From the IMG/VR virus record IMGVR_UViG_3300037067_026753: a DNA stretch of 61,485 bases. One strand, written 5' to 3'. Origin of the DNA: a virus. Positions 9,398 through 19,385 of this stretch are shown one piece after another (the stretch's first letter is position 1; each line of letters begins with the position of its first letter). Under the pieces are notes generated by a model, which was not told where the DNA came from, made no database searches, and worked only from the letters and a program-made list of their open reading frames with translations. A program made the position numbers and the translations under genes.

Positions 9398-10327
9398 TTA
9401 CACCTTTTTAAGCATAAAAGCCCCTACAGCGGTATAGTCGCTGTGTACAAAGGGAGCGCAAATCATTTTAGCAAATTTTGGTGGCCAATTTTTATAAGCG
9501 TCTTGCAGAGCTTCTTCAATTACTATTGGGTACCCAAGTCTTTCTGTATTTGTAATTGCTTTTTCAAATGTAAGTAATGGAGAAAAATTTGCTATTTGAA
9601 AATAATCTTGTATCATATTTTCAAATTGAAATTTATCCCAGACATAATTATGGTCCCAATGATACAAATCTCTAAATTCATGCTCAAAAACTAACGTGAT
9701 ATAGAGATAACCACCCGGCTTCAAAACTCTTTGAATCTCAGAAACACATTGTTCTGCATAGAAAAACTTGTCTTTACAATGATCAAATGCTTCTTGGAAA
9801 TAAACAAGATCAAAAGAAGAATCTTTGAAATTAAGTAGTTTATTGAAATTACCTGAACAAAAATTGCTTACAAAAAGATTGTCTTCTTCTTTGAAAGCAT
9901 CTAAACCATCAACAATAAAAGAAAAATCAAAATCGACTCCCCAATATTCTTTGAATTTGAATCCATTACGTTGAAATAAACGAGAAACATGTCCATTGTT
10001 ACAACCTAATTCAAGAACGACTTTATCAGACTTTACTGGGATCAATCTATCAATCATTTTTAAGGCTGAGAAATTGTAGAGATAAAATGGAAGTGAATGT
10101 GAATTGTAAACATTCCCATAAGCTATTTTTTCGGCTGCTTCATTTGTAGAACAATTTCCTTTTTTTATCATTATAGTTTCAAAATTTTCAAGTTCTATCG
10201 AATTAAGAAACAATTTGTATTTTTCAAAATTACACATCTTAATTCTTGAAGGTTGTAAAAAAGGCGAGTTCTGTTGAACAGACACAAATCTATTTGTATT
10301 TATCAGATTACGTTCTCTATTTATCAT
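9398..10327 (-). CDS. Putative SAM-dependent methyltransferase
   Basis: VLELGCNNG resembles motif I of class I methyltransferases. The later LKPGGYLYI resembles the post-motif acidic/hydrophobic region. Confidence 0.45.
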   Translation of the reverse strand: MINRERNLINTNRFVSVQQNSPFLQPSRIKMCNFEKYKLFLNSIELENFETIMIKKGNCSTNEAAEKIAYGNVYNSHSLPFYLYNFSALKMIDRLIPVKSDKVVLELGCNNGHVSRLFQRNGFKFKEYWGVDFDFSFIVDGLDAFKEEDNLFVSNFCSGNFNKLLNFKDSSFDLVYFQEAFDHCKDKFFYAEQCVSEIQRVLKPGGYLYITLVFEHEFRDLYHWDHNYVWDKFQFENMIQDYFQIANFSPLLTFEKAITNTERLGYPIVIEEALQDAYKNWPPKFAKMICAPFVHSDYTAVGAFMLKKV

Positions 10328-10330
10328 ATG

Positions 10331-10819
10331 TCACCTGTTCGAAAAATGTTCGCTTGCATCTTCTAATGTTATCATATCTAAAACAGGGTCTACTTTTTCT
10401 TTAAGTTTTTGAGCAACAGTTTCAATAGAAGCTGAATTATCGATTTGAATAAATCTATCTGAATAATCTTTAAATTTTTTCTTGCATTCTTGGATGATTT
10501 GTTCGTAAATTTTTATGTGTTGTTTGAATGTCTGCAAACTTGATACATGTTTTTCGTTTCTAGCCAAAGCTCTTCCAAGCAAAACTTTAGAGTCGACTTT
10601 AATATAAACAAAACATGCGCCAAGATCCAAGAACTTTTCTATTAGTTTAAAATTTGTTTCTTTTCTTGATGTTTCTGTTCTATTATAGATTGTATCATAG
10701 ACTATATTGCAGATTGGCGATCTTGGACTCATATAATATTTATAATCATATAGTTTTGCAAGTTCATGCATCAGAGAGTCTTTGCCAGAACAGTCTGGAC
10801 CTAAAAATAAAACTATCAT
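10331..10819 (-). CDS. P-loop (d)NMP kinase-like protein (thymidylate kinase-like)
   Basis: Walker A LFLGPDCSGKDS at the N-terminus; the size is typical of small nucleotide kinases. Confidence 0.5.
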   Translation of the reverse strand: MIVLFLGPDCSGKDSLMHELAKLYDYKYYMSPRSPICNIVYDTIYNRTETSRKETNFKLIEKFLDLGACFVYIKVDSKVLLGRALARNEKHVSSLQTFKQHIKIYEQIIQECKKKFKDYSDRFIQIDNSASIETVAQKLKEKVDPVLDMITLEDASEHFSNR

Positions 10820-11865
10820 AACCAGTAAGGCTCCATTCCTATATTATTGATTATGCTTTCTATTGTCATTCTTATACCAGTTTCTAAAGGGATATACCCT
10901 TGATTACTTGCAAAATCTATCTTACAATAACGAAGTTTATCGTCAGACATGTTATGATAATGCAAGTAATCTCTTGTCCCATCAAAATCAATCCAATCAT
11001 CTATATGTCTATAAAAAACATCTGGGACGCAAATTCCTCGTACTGCAAATCTGTAAGCAACAAATTCAAAAAGCTCGAACCAAGTTTTTGAATTTGTATG
11101 ATTTTCGCCTATATTAAAAACAGGGCGATGTGAAGCACCACCAACGCAAGGAATTGTGTTGTCAAGCAATCTTTGTGCAAAACTCAAAATACATGTTGCT
11201 ATATTTTCGACTCTCGTATAAGATTTTGCAGTTCCTTTATTTAACAAAATTTTAAGTTTATGGTTTGCTGGTTGAGTGATATTCTTGTACATGATATAGA
11301 TAAATTTTGTTAGAGCACTATGCAAATCATCAGGATAATTTCCAAATCCAAAGACAGGACGTAGTACCAGATGTTTTGTGTGACATGTATTTTTTACTAT
11401 CAATTCTCCAGCATATTTGGTAATACCATAAAGAGTTTGGGGATTGATTTTTGTTTCTTCTGTCATTGGTTTCCTGGGCCCATAATCAGAAGGATCAAGT
11501 ATAGCTGTAGTCGACAAATAAATAAGCGGTATTTCATATTTATTACAAAGATCAACTATATTCTGCGTACCGACGACGTTCGTCCTTATAGCAAGACTAG
11601 GGTCCGAAGAACAATAATCAGTTCCAACAAATGCGCCTGAATGAATTACTAGATCTAAATTGCCCCAGGGCGCTCTTATCAGGTGAGACGTATCAAGGAA
11701 ATCAAGTTCAGGTTTCCTTACTTTAAAACTTTGGTGCGTTTTGAATGAGTCTAATAGTGTGTGTTCTAGTTGTGTATTGACAACTTCAAAACCAAAATTC
11801 TTTGCTATCCTTTGCATTTGCATTGGAATTGTGCCCGATTCTCCAGTTATTAAAATCTTTTTCAT
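10816..11865 (-). CDS. NAD-dependent epimerase/dehydratase (extended SDR)
   Basis: N-terminal Rossmann ILITGESG and the catalytic YGITKYAGE (YxxxK). Confidence 0.55.
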   Translation of the reverse strand: MKKILITGESGTIPMQMQRIAKNFGFEVVNTQLEHTLLDSFKTHQSFKVRKPELDFLDTSHLIRAPWGNLDLVIHSGAFVGTDYCSSDPSLAIRTNVVGTQNIVDLCNKYEIPLIYLSTTAILDPSDYGPRKPMTEETKINPQTLYGITKYAGELIVKNTCHTKHLVLRPVFGFGNYPDDLHSALTKFIYIMYKNITQPANHKLKILLNKGTAKSYTRVENIATCILSFAQRLLDNTIPCVGGASHRPVFNIGENHTNSKTWFELFEFVAYRFAVRGICVPDVFYRHIDDWIDFDGTRDYLHYHNMSDDKLRYCKIDFASNQGYIPLETGIRMTIESIINNIGMEPYWL

Positions 11866-12446
11866 TTTTGCTCCTTGCAGGCTTGTATTATAAAAGCTTT
11901 ATATTCCTCTGGTGTGCTTCTCTGATAAGAAAACACATAGCTTGGATGCCATATAGATCTAATAGGTATTTTTATATTGTTCTCTAGACATAGATCTAAT
12001 AGTATTTCAAAAACTTGTCTGCCCATAGCAATAATGATATGAGGTTTCAAGACATTAATTTCTTCTAATAAAAAAGAGAAGCAAGCTCGAGCACAAGAAT
12101 TATTTATCGCATTAGTAGATGTAGAGCAGTGAATTACATTGTCGCAAAATATCTCGTCAAACATACCTGTTTCTTTTAAGAGGTTGTTAAATTTTTCACC
12201 AGGCCCAGGGCTACCATTTACTCCTCCAAATGCGTATTCATGTCCAGCAAATCGGTTGTATGAAGGATTCATCCCGATAAACATAAAGCGGCACTTTTTA
12301 GTGCCGCCTCTCCAACCATAAAGTTTTCCAAAACCTTTAGAAATATCTTTTTTGTTTTCTTCTAGATTACATAACTCACACTTAGTACAGACTTGAATTT
12401 TTTCATTAATCTTTTTTAAGCCGTTTTCTACTTTTGGACTGAACAT
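11862..12446 (-). CDS. Uracil-DNA glycosylase superfamily protein (family 4/5-like, Cys cluster)
   Basis: FMFIGMNPS resembles the GE(A/G)PG motif A. WHPSYV resembles the HPSP motif B. N-terminal cysteines CTKCELC. Confidence 0.5.
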   Translation of the reverse strand: MFSPKVENGLKKINEKIQVCTKCELCNLEENKKDISKGFGKLYGWRGGTKKCRFMFIGMNPSYNRFAGHEYAFGGVNGSPGPGEKFNNLLKETGMFDEIFCDNVIHCSTSTNAINNSCARACFSFLLEEINVLKPHIIIAMGRQVFEILLDLCLENNIKIPIRSIWHPSYVFSYQRSTPEEYKAFIIQACKEQK

Positions 12447-13368
12447 ATGTTAAAAGCTCCATTGGAGTTTTGATTCTTATAAGTTTGTCATTCGCATAAA
12501 TACCATCTTGATTGTAAAGTTTCTCAAGTAAAAATACCAAGTGCCCTTCATGATTGAAATTTTTTGCATTATCTAAATTGTCTTCAACAATGTATTTGAT
12601 CTTAAACCTGAGTTTATAGATGTCTTCTTTTCTTTGAAAATCGGACCAGTAAATAGCATCAAAAGGTATATTATTTTTGTGTAACCAATAAAGCGTGTCT
12701 GTATAGATCACTTTGAACTTCGACACTGGTCTGTTTGTGAAGAGAATTATCGTTTCGCCCTGTGATTTAAGTAGATTCATCAATTTCAAAGTTTCTTTAT
12801 TGACAGGCTGATGCCTTTTTTCTCCTGAAAGTCTATATTCGACTTTCAACTCTTGATATGTTTTAAGATCTAACAAATCTTTCATTTGTTCGACAGATTC
12901 AAACTTATTTCCTTTTTTATTTACCCAATCTAAAAAACAATCAGGGAAATTGTTAATCACGCCGTCAACATCAAAAATGACTACTTTTTTATGAAGAAGA
13001 GATTGAAACTTCTTGTTTTGCTCATATTTTTGTTTTACTACTTCAGTTTTGTCGTTGTAACCTTTAATTACATCTTCGTAAGAAATCCCAAGCAATTGCC
13101 CAAGGCCCATAAAATATTTCAAAACATCTATATATTCTTCAACTAAATTGCTTGTGACAATAGTATCTTCTTTCTCGCTCACTTTATAATGCATTTTCCA
13201 GTGAGGGAGACAGTTTATAAGATCGGCTAATTCTTTATTAACATGAAAACAAAATTCTTTTGCCCAACGAATTTTTTCTTGTAAAGACAGATTATGAATA
13301 TCAAGTTTCTGATCTTTAAAAAACTCTTCATTGAATTCAAATTGATTGTCCCAGATTTTTTTATTCAT
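12406..13368 (-). CDS. HAD-superfamily phosphatase (5'-nucleotidase/Pnk-phosphatase-like)
   Basis: VVIFDVDGVINN is a DxDG motif I, and there is a downstream Lys/Asp motif. No kinase domain is present. Confidence 0.6.
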   Translation of the reverse strand: MNKKIWDNQFEFNEEFFKDQKLDIHNLSLQEKIRWAKEFCFHVNKELADLINCLPHWKMHYKVSEKEDTIVTSNLVEEYIDVLKYFMGLGQLLGISYEDVIKGYNDKTEVVKQKYEQNKKFQSLLHKKVVIFDVDGVINNFPDCFLDWVNKKGNKFESVEQMKDLLDLKTYQELKVEYRLSGEKRHQPVNKETLKLMNLLKSQGETIILFTNRPVSKFKVIYTDTLYWLHKNNIPFDAIYWSDFQRKEDIYKLRFKIKYIVEDNLDNAKNFNHEGHLVFLLEKLYNQDGIYANDKLIRIKTPMELLTYVQSKSRKRLKKD

Positions 13369-13628
13369 AATAATTTCTTTTTCTCTACTCTGTCGAAATC
13401 ATTGCAGGTAAAAAAATGCAAGTAAAAATTCTTAAAAACATTTAATCTTGATTTGCACTTTATGATTGTATAATTTAAAAACTTGTTATTATCAAAATAA
13501 GAAGCAATCATTATGCCAAACATCATCAAAATAGGATTTAAAAAAACTTTACGAATACTTCGATGATTTACTACTTGATCATGGTAATACAAAATGCCCA
13601 AGGGTTTAAACGTGTTTTTAATTTTCAT
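13365..13628 (-). CDS. Hypothetical protein (87 aa)
   Basis: ORF from the supplied track; weak. Confidence 0.3.
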   Translation of the reverse strand: MKIKNTFKPLGILYYHDQVVNHRSIRKVFLNPILMMFGIMIASYFDNNKFLNYTIIKCKSRLNVFKNFYLHFFTCNDFDRVEKKKLL

Positions 13629-14325
13629 TTATTATAAACTTCATTTTAGCTGCTTTATCTAACACAATTTCAGTTTTCGCTTCATCGCTAGCATTAGATA
13701 CCCAAGATGCTTCAAAAAAATTTGTTGCTTGCGAAAGTGTTGATGCAAGTCTTCTTGGAGACTGCATATGTCTTGAAACTATTATTTGAGAGCTTGGATC
13801 GTCATGTAAGATTCTAGCAATTGTAGGAAGCTCATGTTCAAGAGGTGTATAAACAGCAGGTGTATAAACAGCAGGTGTATAAACAGCAGGTCTATGATAA
13901 GCAGATCTACTATCTATAGAATAGAACCCGGCTACAAAATGGACTGTAGGAGAATCTCTAAACATTTCCATTATATTTTCAGCATCAGGAACTTCATCGG
14001 CATAAACATAAAAATCTTCAGATCTACCTCTCACTATTTGAGATAGTTCAAGTTCATATCTGCTTCTATTTCTCATATTATCAGTTGGAAATACAAAAGG
14101 TCGTACTTCAACACCTGCATAGTCTTGTAAAAGATTTCTATTTGGGACTAGAACAACATTATTTCTTTGACTATTTCCACGTATCAGTTCTTTTATACAA
14201 GTTGTCTTTCCAATTCTTCTCAAAGTACCACAATTAATATTGAGCGAATAGCCTTGATCCACGCACAAATTATACATAAACATTAATTCGCTAACAGACA
14301 TATTATTTCTTTGCTTTAAATGCAA
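13618..14325 (-). CDS. Hypothetical protein containing an in-frame PAVYT tandem repeat
   Basis: ORF contains GKTT and three copies of the PAVYT pentapeptide encoded by a 15-bp tandem repeat. Confidence 0.5.
   Translation of the reverse strand: MHLKQRNNMSVSELMFMYNLCVDQGYSLNINCGTLRRIGKTTCIKELIRGNSQRNNVVLVPNRNLLQDYAGVEVRPFVFPTDNMRNRSRYELELSQIVRGRSEDFYVYADEVPDAENIMEMFRDSPTVHFVAGFYSIDSRSAYHRPAVYTPAVYTPAVYTPLEHELPTIARILHDDPSSQIIVSRHMQSPRRLASTLSQATNFFEASWVSNASDEAKTEIVLDKAAKMKFIINEN
13844..13903. repeat. 15-bp tandem repeat, three copies plus a degenerate fourth
   Basis: ggtgtataaacagca repeated three times, followed by the degenerate copy ggtctatgataagca. Confidence 0.8.
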
Positions 14326-14430
14326 TTTTCAATACAACACAAGGGATAAGACAAACATAAAGCGTTCTTGATTTCCTGTCCCAAAAAAATCCAACCCAAA
14401 AATCATACCATGCAAAAAATAAAGAAATTT

Positions 14431-14616
14431 TCATATTTGAGGCTCAGTAGTCTGAGTAAGATTTTTTAGTCTTGCAATTTTTTCTCGACATTTCACTCCT
14501 GCTTCATAATTTGAAGTTTTCCATCCATGAACTGCAGCAAAAGAAACAATTGAATTTAATTCTTCAGTCAATAACTTTATATATTCATCATAGGCTTCAA
14601 TAAGTTGTGCAACCAT
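14431..14616 (-). CDS. Hypothetical small protein (61 aa)
   Basis: ORF from the supplied track. Confidence 0.3.
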   Translation of the reverse strand: MVAQLIEAYDEYIKLLTEELNSIVSFAAVHGWKTSNYEAGVKCREKIARLKNLTQTTEPQI

Positions 14617-14625
14617 TATAATCTC

Positions 14626-15555
14626 CTATGCTTGTGCTTCTTCTATTACTGTCTCAGTTTTCCAACGACGATTCCAAGTACCATACCGTCCCACAAATTT
14701 TACTGGCTTATCTTTCAATTCAAAATCATTTTCTAAAGAAATAATCTGATTGTTCTTTACAAGCCTAACAGCTTGATCAATAGGAATCGTAAAATATTTA
14801 GGATCTATATATTTCTTAAAATCAATAATTCTTGTTCCAACAACATCGCACACAACGCCCATCTTGCATTTAGTCATTCTATGAAATGGGGTGTCTGTTC
14901 TTGCATCATACACATAATCAAACTCTTTCAAGTCGAAAAAATCTTTTGACAATAAACAATAGGCCATATCAAAAGATTGTAATGCGATACTCAAGCCAGC
15001 AACACGGGCAAAAATGTTTAGTGGTATTGTAGATACTAGCTTACTGAACTTGAGTACCATATTACTATCTGTTGAAATCATTTGTTTTTCAAGATTTATA
15101 TGAGTTATACTTCCCATATAAATACGCTCTTCTAACTGATCAAACAATTTGGAAATCAATAATTTAAAGTCAACATCGCATACTTGAAACTCTTTAATAT
15201 TTGTGTTAAGGACAGTTGGATCAAAACCTTTCAAATCATTCTGCCCTCTTGACTTCATGAAATATTTTTGTCTGAACTCTGGTCCTGGATTATCTATCCA
15301 ACCTGTATCATCTAGATAACCAATTCTTATTGTTGAAAGTTTTAATGGAACTTCTAAATCTTCTAAGAACTTCTCGACATATTTTGATTTATTGTGAAGA
15401 TATCTCGGACCCAAGTCGAAATAAGAAATCATCTGACCACCTACTTGATCTGTCAAAATAAAGTGGTCAGTATGATACTTAGCCCATATTAAGCCTGCAA
15501 TTCCCCCACCTACTATAACATTCATAGGCAGTCTCTTACTTTTTCCGTAAAACAT
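14626..15555 (-). CDS. FAD/NAD(P)-binding oxidoreductase (UDP-galactopyranose mutase/amine-oxidase-like)
   Basis: N-terminal dinucleotide-binding motif VIVGGGIAGLIWA, then GGQM...GPRYLH. Confidence 0.45.
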   Translation of the reverse strand: MFYGKSKRLPMNVIVGGGIAGLIWAKYHTDHFILTDQVGGQMISYFDLGPRYLHNKSKYVEKFLEDLEVPLKLSTIRIGYLDDTGWIDNPGPEFRQKYFMKSRGQNDLKGFDPTVLNTNIKEFQVCDVDFKLLISKLFDQLEERIYMGSITHINLEKQMISTDSNMVLKFSKLVSTIPLNIFARVAGLSIALQSFDMAYCLLSKDFFDLKEFDYVYDARTDTPFHRMTKCKMGVVCDVVGTRIIDFKKYIDPKYFTIPIDQAVRLVKNNQIISLENDFELKDKPVKFVGRYGTWNRRWKTETVIEEAQA

Positions 15556-16106
15556 AAAGTTGCGAATTCTAACATTAATTTTTCAATTTCTTCTTTATTT
15601 TTCTTGATATTATAGTTAATATCTTGAATTATGCCATTTTTATGCGCATCGATTTCAGATTTACACACACCCGACGGACCCATGTGAAACACACCACCTT
15701 TTTGACAAGGAATAAGTTTATTTATTTTATCTGAGTAATATTCATTTTGTCCAATATTCTTGAGAAAGTCCCGCAAATTTTTAACAGCATTTACACTTAT
15801 ATCATAATCATCTACAATGCTGTAGATAAAAGAAAATTTGTCATATAAAATTTTAAATTGAGGGGATAGTACTATTTTATTTTTGTGTTTTCTCAATAAA
15901 AAGATAATACCCGAATCATAACTATGGTTCCTATGATAATTTTGGTGACATGTTGGACATATCGGTATCAAGTTTAATTCGTCATTATTGTCTCTATTTC
16001 CATCAATGTGGTGAATATCATTTGCAGTTATATTCCCGCAACAAATAGGGCATTTATAATCAAACAATTTAAGTAACGTGTCTCTTGTTGTATCTGTGTT
16101 TTTCAT
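15522..16106 (-). CDS. HNH homing endonuclease
   Basis: CPICCGN...IHHIDGNRDNN...IPICPTCHQNYH is an HNH motif with a zinc knuckle. Confidence 0.7.
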   Translation of the reverse strand: MKNTDTTRDTLLKLFDYKCPICCGNITANDIHHIDGNRDNNDELNLIPICPTCHQNYHRNHSYDSGIIFLLRKHKNKIVLSPQFKILYDKFSFIYSIVDDYDISVNAVKNLRDFLKNIGQNEYYSDKINKLIPCQKGGVFHMGPSGVCKSEIDAHKNGIIQDINYNIKKNKEEIEKLMLEFATLCFTEKVRDCL

Positions 16107-16152
16107 AATGTGCTCCTGAGTTTTCGATTATTGTTTGCAAATTAATTTAATA

Positions 16153-17151
16153 TCATTTGCTCTCGAAAAGGCTTTTGTCTTTTGGATCAAGTTTATCGTA
16201 ATCATTTTCTGTATACTTTACCCAACCGTCTCTTGGAACTATTTCGACATATTTTGCTAACTCATTATAATCTGAACAACTTCTATTGAATTCAGAATAT
16301 TCAACTTCGTCTGGCCAACGACCACAACCAGCAAACAGATTACTAAAATACTTTGTCAATCCTTCTGCACCACCATGATAAATACATTTCTTTGCTCCAT
16401 CGCATGCAGGTCGTAAATAATTTGCAATCAAAGGAGTCTGTTTTTTGATTTCTTCTCTCAATTTCCAATACATAAAAACTATTGGAGATTCTTCACAAGC
16501 CATAAGCCTTCTTGCCATTTGACCTTTTAAAGAAAGCAAATCAATAGAAGTAGTAAACGAATGATTATATGACATAGGAAGAACAGCTCTTGCTGTTTGA
16601 TACGAACCACAACCAAGATTCAAAATTTCACTATATAGATCCTTTGTTGCTTTCAACCAGCTTTCAAATCTTGATTTTAAATCTGGCTTATTTTGAATTT
16701 CTTCATATAGTTCTGGGTACAAAATTAAAGGAGCTTCAGTTTTCGCGTTGTCTCTACAGCCAATACTCTGGTGTGCGGCAAGTCTGACCCTCGCGTGTTG
16801 GTCAAACATGTGCCTTGGGCCACCATTGACACCGAATTGATATTTTACATTTTCCATTGCTAAAGGTAATGTTTCACCTTGCAATGAACTTAAAACCACA
16901 ATGAATCTATTTATTGGAGACAATTTTTCCCATTTATGACAAGATCCTTCGTTAGCTCCTATTTTTGCTGAGCCCCACGTAGAACAAGCTGCATTCACAA
17001 TATTTTTATACGGGTTGCAAGGCGAATCAAAAACTTCGACAGTCAAAGCATCATAAACGCTTAAATAATCATAGGTAACATTAGGAGTTCTATCTGGTAG
17101 AGTGTCAAGTGCTTCTCTTATGTTGTCGATTTGTTCTTTAGACATTGACAT
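16153..17151 (-). CDS. Flavin-dependent thymidylate synthase ThyX-like (long form)
   Basis: RHMFDQHARVRLAAHQS resembles the RHR..S motif. ARAVLPMSYNHSFTTSIDLLSLKGQMARRLMACEE is close to the ThyX C-terminal ARxVLP...R......E segment (T. maritima ThyX, from memory). Confidence 0.5.
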   Translation of the reverse strand: MSMSKEQIDNIREALDTLPDRTPNVTYDYLSVYDALTVEVFDSPCNPYKNIVNAACSTWGSAKIGANEGSCHKWEKLSPINRFIVVLSSLQGETLPLAMENVKYQFGVNGGPRHMFDQHARVRLAAHQSIGCRDNAKTEAPLILYPELYEEIQNKPDLKSRFESWLKATKDLYSEILNLGCGSYQTARAVLPMSYNHSFTTSIDLLSLKGQMARRLMACEESPIVFMYWKLREEIKKQTPLIANYLRPACDGAKKCIYHGGAEGLTKYFSNLFAGCGRWPDEVEYSEFNRSCSDYNELAKYVEIVPRDGWVKYTENDYDKLDPKDKSLFESK

Positions 17152-17885
17152 ATTTGCTCCTTTAACTTTTTTAAAGTATAAATGTTGACATTCTGAACTA
17201 CAAATAAATTATAATTTTTGGGAATTTTTTGTTTTCGACATTTAAAATATTCATCAAGCGTCCTGTATTCATATCTATATTTTTTACCTCTCCAAATTTC
17301 AATTCTTTTTGACAAACTTAAATTCTTGGGATTTGAATAACATTGATGATATTCGATTACGATATTGTTAATTAAAAAATCTACTTCTATACTATTAACT
17401 CTAACGTGACAATTTTCGCCTTCTTTTAAGATAAGACAAAATTCTTTTTCAAGAAAAATCGCGCATTGTTTTTCAGATTCACTCGAAAACTTTATACCGG
17501 CATGCTCAAATTTAGTTTTCGATCTAAAAGACTTTATCGAAACATGACCAGCAAAACAGCGTTGTGCTTTATAACGATTTGGGTGAGATTTATAGAATTT
17601 TAAATAACATTCTTTATTGCAAAACTTTTTCAAAGAAACTACATGTATTCTTTTGTTTTTTTCAGATAAAAGTCGTCTAATTGGTTTCTTGCAATGACCG
17701 CATTTATACGCTTTAGTTTTTTGTTCGTGCTTTCTAATAGCTTTGCAAGCACTGCAAAAATAACGTTTCTTATTTAATGTTTTAAGTATTTTTTTCTTTC
17801 TATTTACTGTAATAACTTTCTTAGTTTTGCATCTAAAACAAACAATTTCTGATAAAGGATTTCTTTTCCTATTTGTTTCAGACAT
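17118..17885 (-). CDS. Cys-rich zinc-finger protein (255 aa)
   Basis: Multiple CxxC pairs (CFRCKTKK, CSACKAIRKH, CGHCKKP). Confidence 0.5.
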   Translation of the reverse strand: MSETNRKRNPLSEIVCFRCKTKKVITVNRKKKILKTLNKKRYFCSACKAIRKHEQKTKAYKCGHCKKPIRRLLSEKNKRIHVVSLKKFCNKECYLKFYKSHPNRYKAQRCFAGHVSIKSFRSKTKFEHAGIKFSSESEKQCAIFLEKEFCLILKEGENCHVRVNSIEVDFLINNIVIEYHQCYSNPKNLSLSKRIEIWRGKKYRYEYRTLDEYFKCRKQKIPKNYNLFVVQNVNIYTLKKLKEQICQCLKNKSTT

Positions 17886-17929
17886 CTTTTTCCTTGTCTC
17901 TTGTGCTCTTTCAACTCCTTGTATCTCTT

Positions 17930-18361
17930 CTAGACTTTTACCCTTGTTAAAACTAAATTCCTCACAATGTTCTTTTTTATATTGCTTAAAACACGAATTG
18001 CTACAAAAAACCCTCTGTTCGTTTTTTCTAATTTCAAGAGTTTTTTTTGCAATGTTTGCATATCTTTAAACTTCTTTTCATTTAACAAAATTAAGCGTTT
18101 CTTGCGTCTTTCTTTAAGTTGTTCTTTAGAGAACTTTTTATTCCAGATTTGTTGAACATATGAAGGTCCAACATTATATTTTGCACCAACTTCTACAGAG
18201 CTATGCGCAAATTTTTCAAAATCATGTCCTATTAAACTTTTTAATTCTTCTAAATACTTTTTGTGCTCTAGACAATTTATTGCTGACATTTTGATATGAT
18301 GACTGACAGCAAGTTTGTTTTTTAATAATTTGTCACAAGAAGAAACATAACATTTAATCAT
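17930..18361 (-). CDS. Hypothetical protein (143 aa)
   Basis: ORF from the supplied track. Confidence 0.45.
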   Translation of the reverse strand: MIKCYVSSCDKLLKNKLAVSHHIKMSAINCLEHKKYLEELKSLIGHDFEKFAHSSVEVGAKYNVGPSYVQQIWNKKFSKEQLKERRKKRLILLNEKKFKDMQTLQKKLLKLEKTNRGFFVAIRVLSNIKKNIVRNLVLTRVKV

Positions 18362-18714
18362 TTTCTGTTATACATTGCTGTGTTAGAAAGGAAACTGTTT
18401 TTCCAGTCCCATTCGTCAAGGAAAAACTTGTCAAAGTCATGACTTGAGATTTCTACTTCATCTCTGACTTCGTACTCTACCATTTTTATAGCTTTTTGAT
18501 ACTCTTTTGCGTAAGAAACTGGTTTAGGTAACCTGACATCAATTACAGTTTCACGTGCTTTGTCAGAATTAAGCTCATCAAGAATATTATGGAGAGCTAC
18601 TTTGCATTTTTCAATCCAGCCAAGTAAAGCTTCTTCATAATCTTTTTCATGTTGGGCGAGATTTTTGTTAAGGACTTCAAGAACAGTTACTTTTTTAACT
18701 TTAATCATTTCCAT
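18358..18714 (-). CDS. Hypothetical protein (118 aa)
   Basis: ORF from the supplied track; start codon coupled to the upstream gene. Confidence 0.45.
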   Translation of the reverse strand: MEMIKVKKVTVLEVLNKNLAQHEKDYEEALLGWIEKCKVALHNILDELNSDKARETVIDVRLPKPVSYAKEYQKAIKMVEYEVRDEVEISSHDFDKFFLDEWDWKNSFLSNTAMYNRK

Positions 18715-18819
18715 AGTTTCCTCCTTTGATGTTCTAAATTATATCAAGTGAGGAAAATAAATTCACAAGTTTGTATTGGATTTATTTTTAAATATAAAAA
18801 ACTTAAAAGAGGAGAAAAA

Positions 18820-19374
18820 ATGCTTAAAATCGACAATATTGATGTATTAACTCGTTGGACAATGGTAATTGATGCTGCAAAAACTACTATTGGCAAGATA
18901 GCATCTAAGAAAGAACCTACATCGCATTGGAAGAAAATGATACTTCTTGCAGAGCATTCACCCATAAGAATTCTTTTAGTGAAGTGGAAATGGGTTGAAA
19001 TAAAATATTGGGTGAGCGTCCATTTTGTAAGACATAAAATTGGGATAGAACATTTTGTCAAATCGCAAAGATCAGACCGTACAGGCAATAATCGAGAAAA
19101 TTCTCCCCAGAATTCTCTAGTCGATCATGAGTGTGTTGCGAATGCTCAATCTATTATTAATATTTCAAGAAAAAGGCTTTGCAACAAAGCATCTAAAGAA
19201 ACACGCGAAGCTTGGCAAATATTCTTGGATAATCTAAAATTAACAGAACCAGAACTTGTAAGCGTGTGTGTGAAAGAATGTTTATATAGAGGGCACTGTT
19301 ACGAATTTGATTCGTGTGGTTATGTGAACACAGAAGATTATGCAATAGAACTTAATAATTATAGGTCGTTATAG
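18820..19374 (+). CDS. ThyX-like protein (short divergent paralog)
   Basis: Strong RBS AAGAGGAG 7 nt before the ATG at 18820. MLKIDNIDVL is like ThyX MKIDIL. EHSPIR and HFVRHKIGIEHFVKSQRS approximate HETPFEH and RHR..S..RY. Confidence 0.45.
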   Translation: MLKIDNIDVLTRWTMVIDAAKTTIGKIASKKEPTSHWKKMILLAEHSPIRILLVKWKWVEIKYWVSVHFVRHKIGIEHFVKSQRSDRTGNNRENSPQNSLVDHECVANAQSIINISRKRLCNKASKETREAWQIFLDNLKLTEPELVSVCVKECLYRGHCYEFDSCGYVNTEDYAIELNNYRSL

Positions 19375-19385
19375 AAATAAATTTT

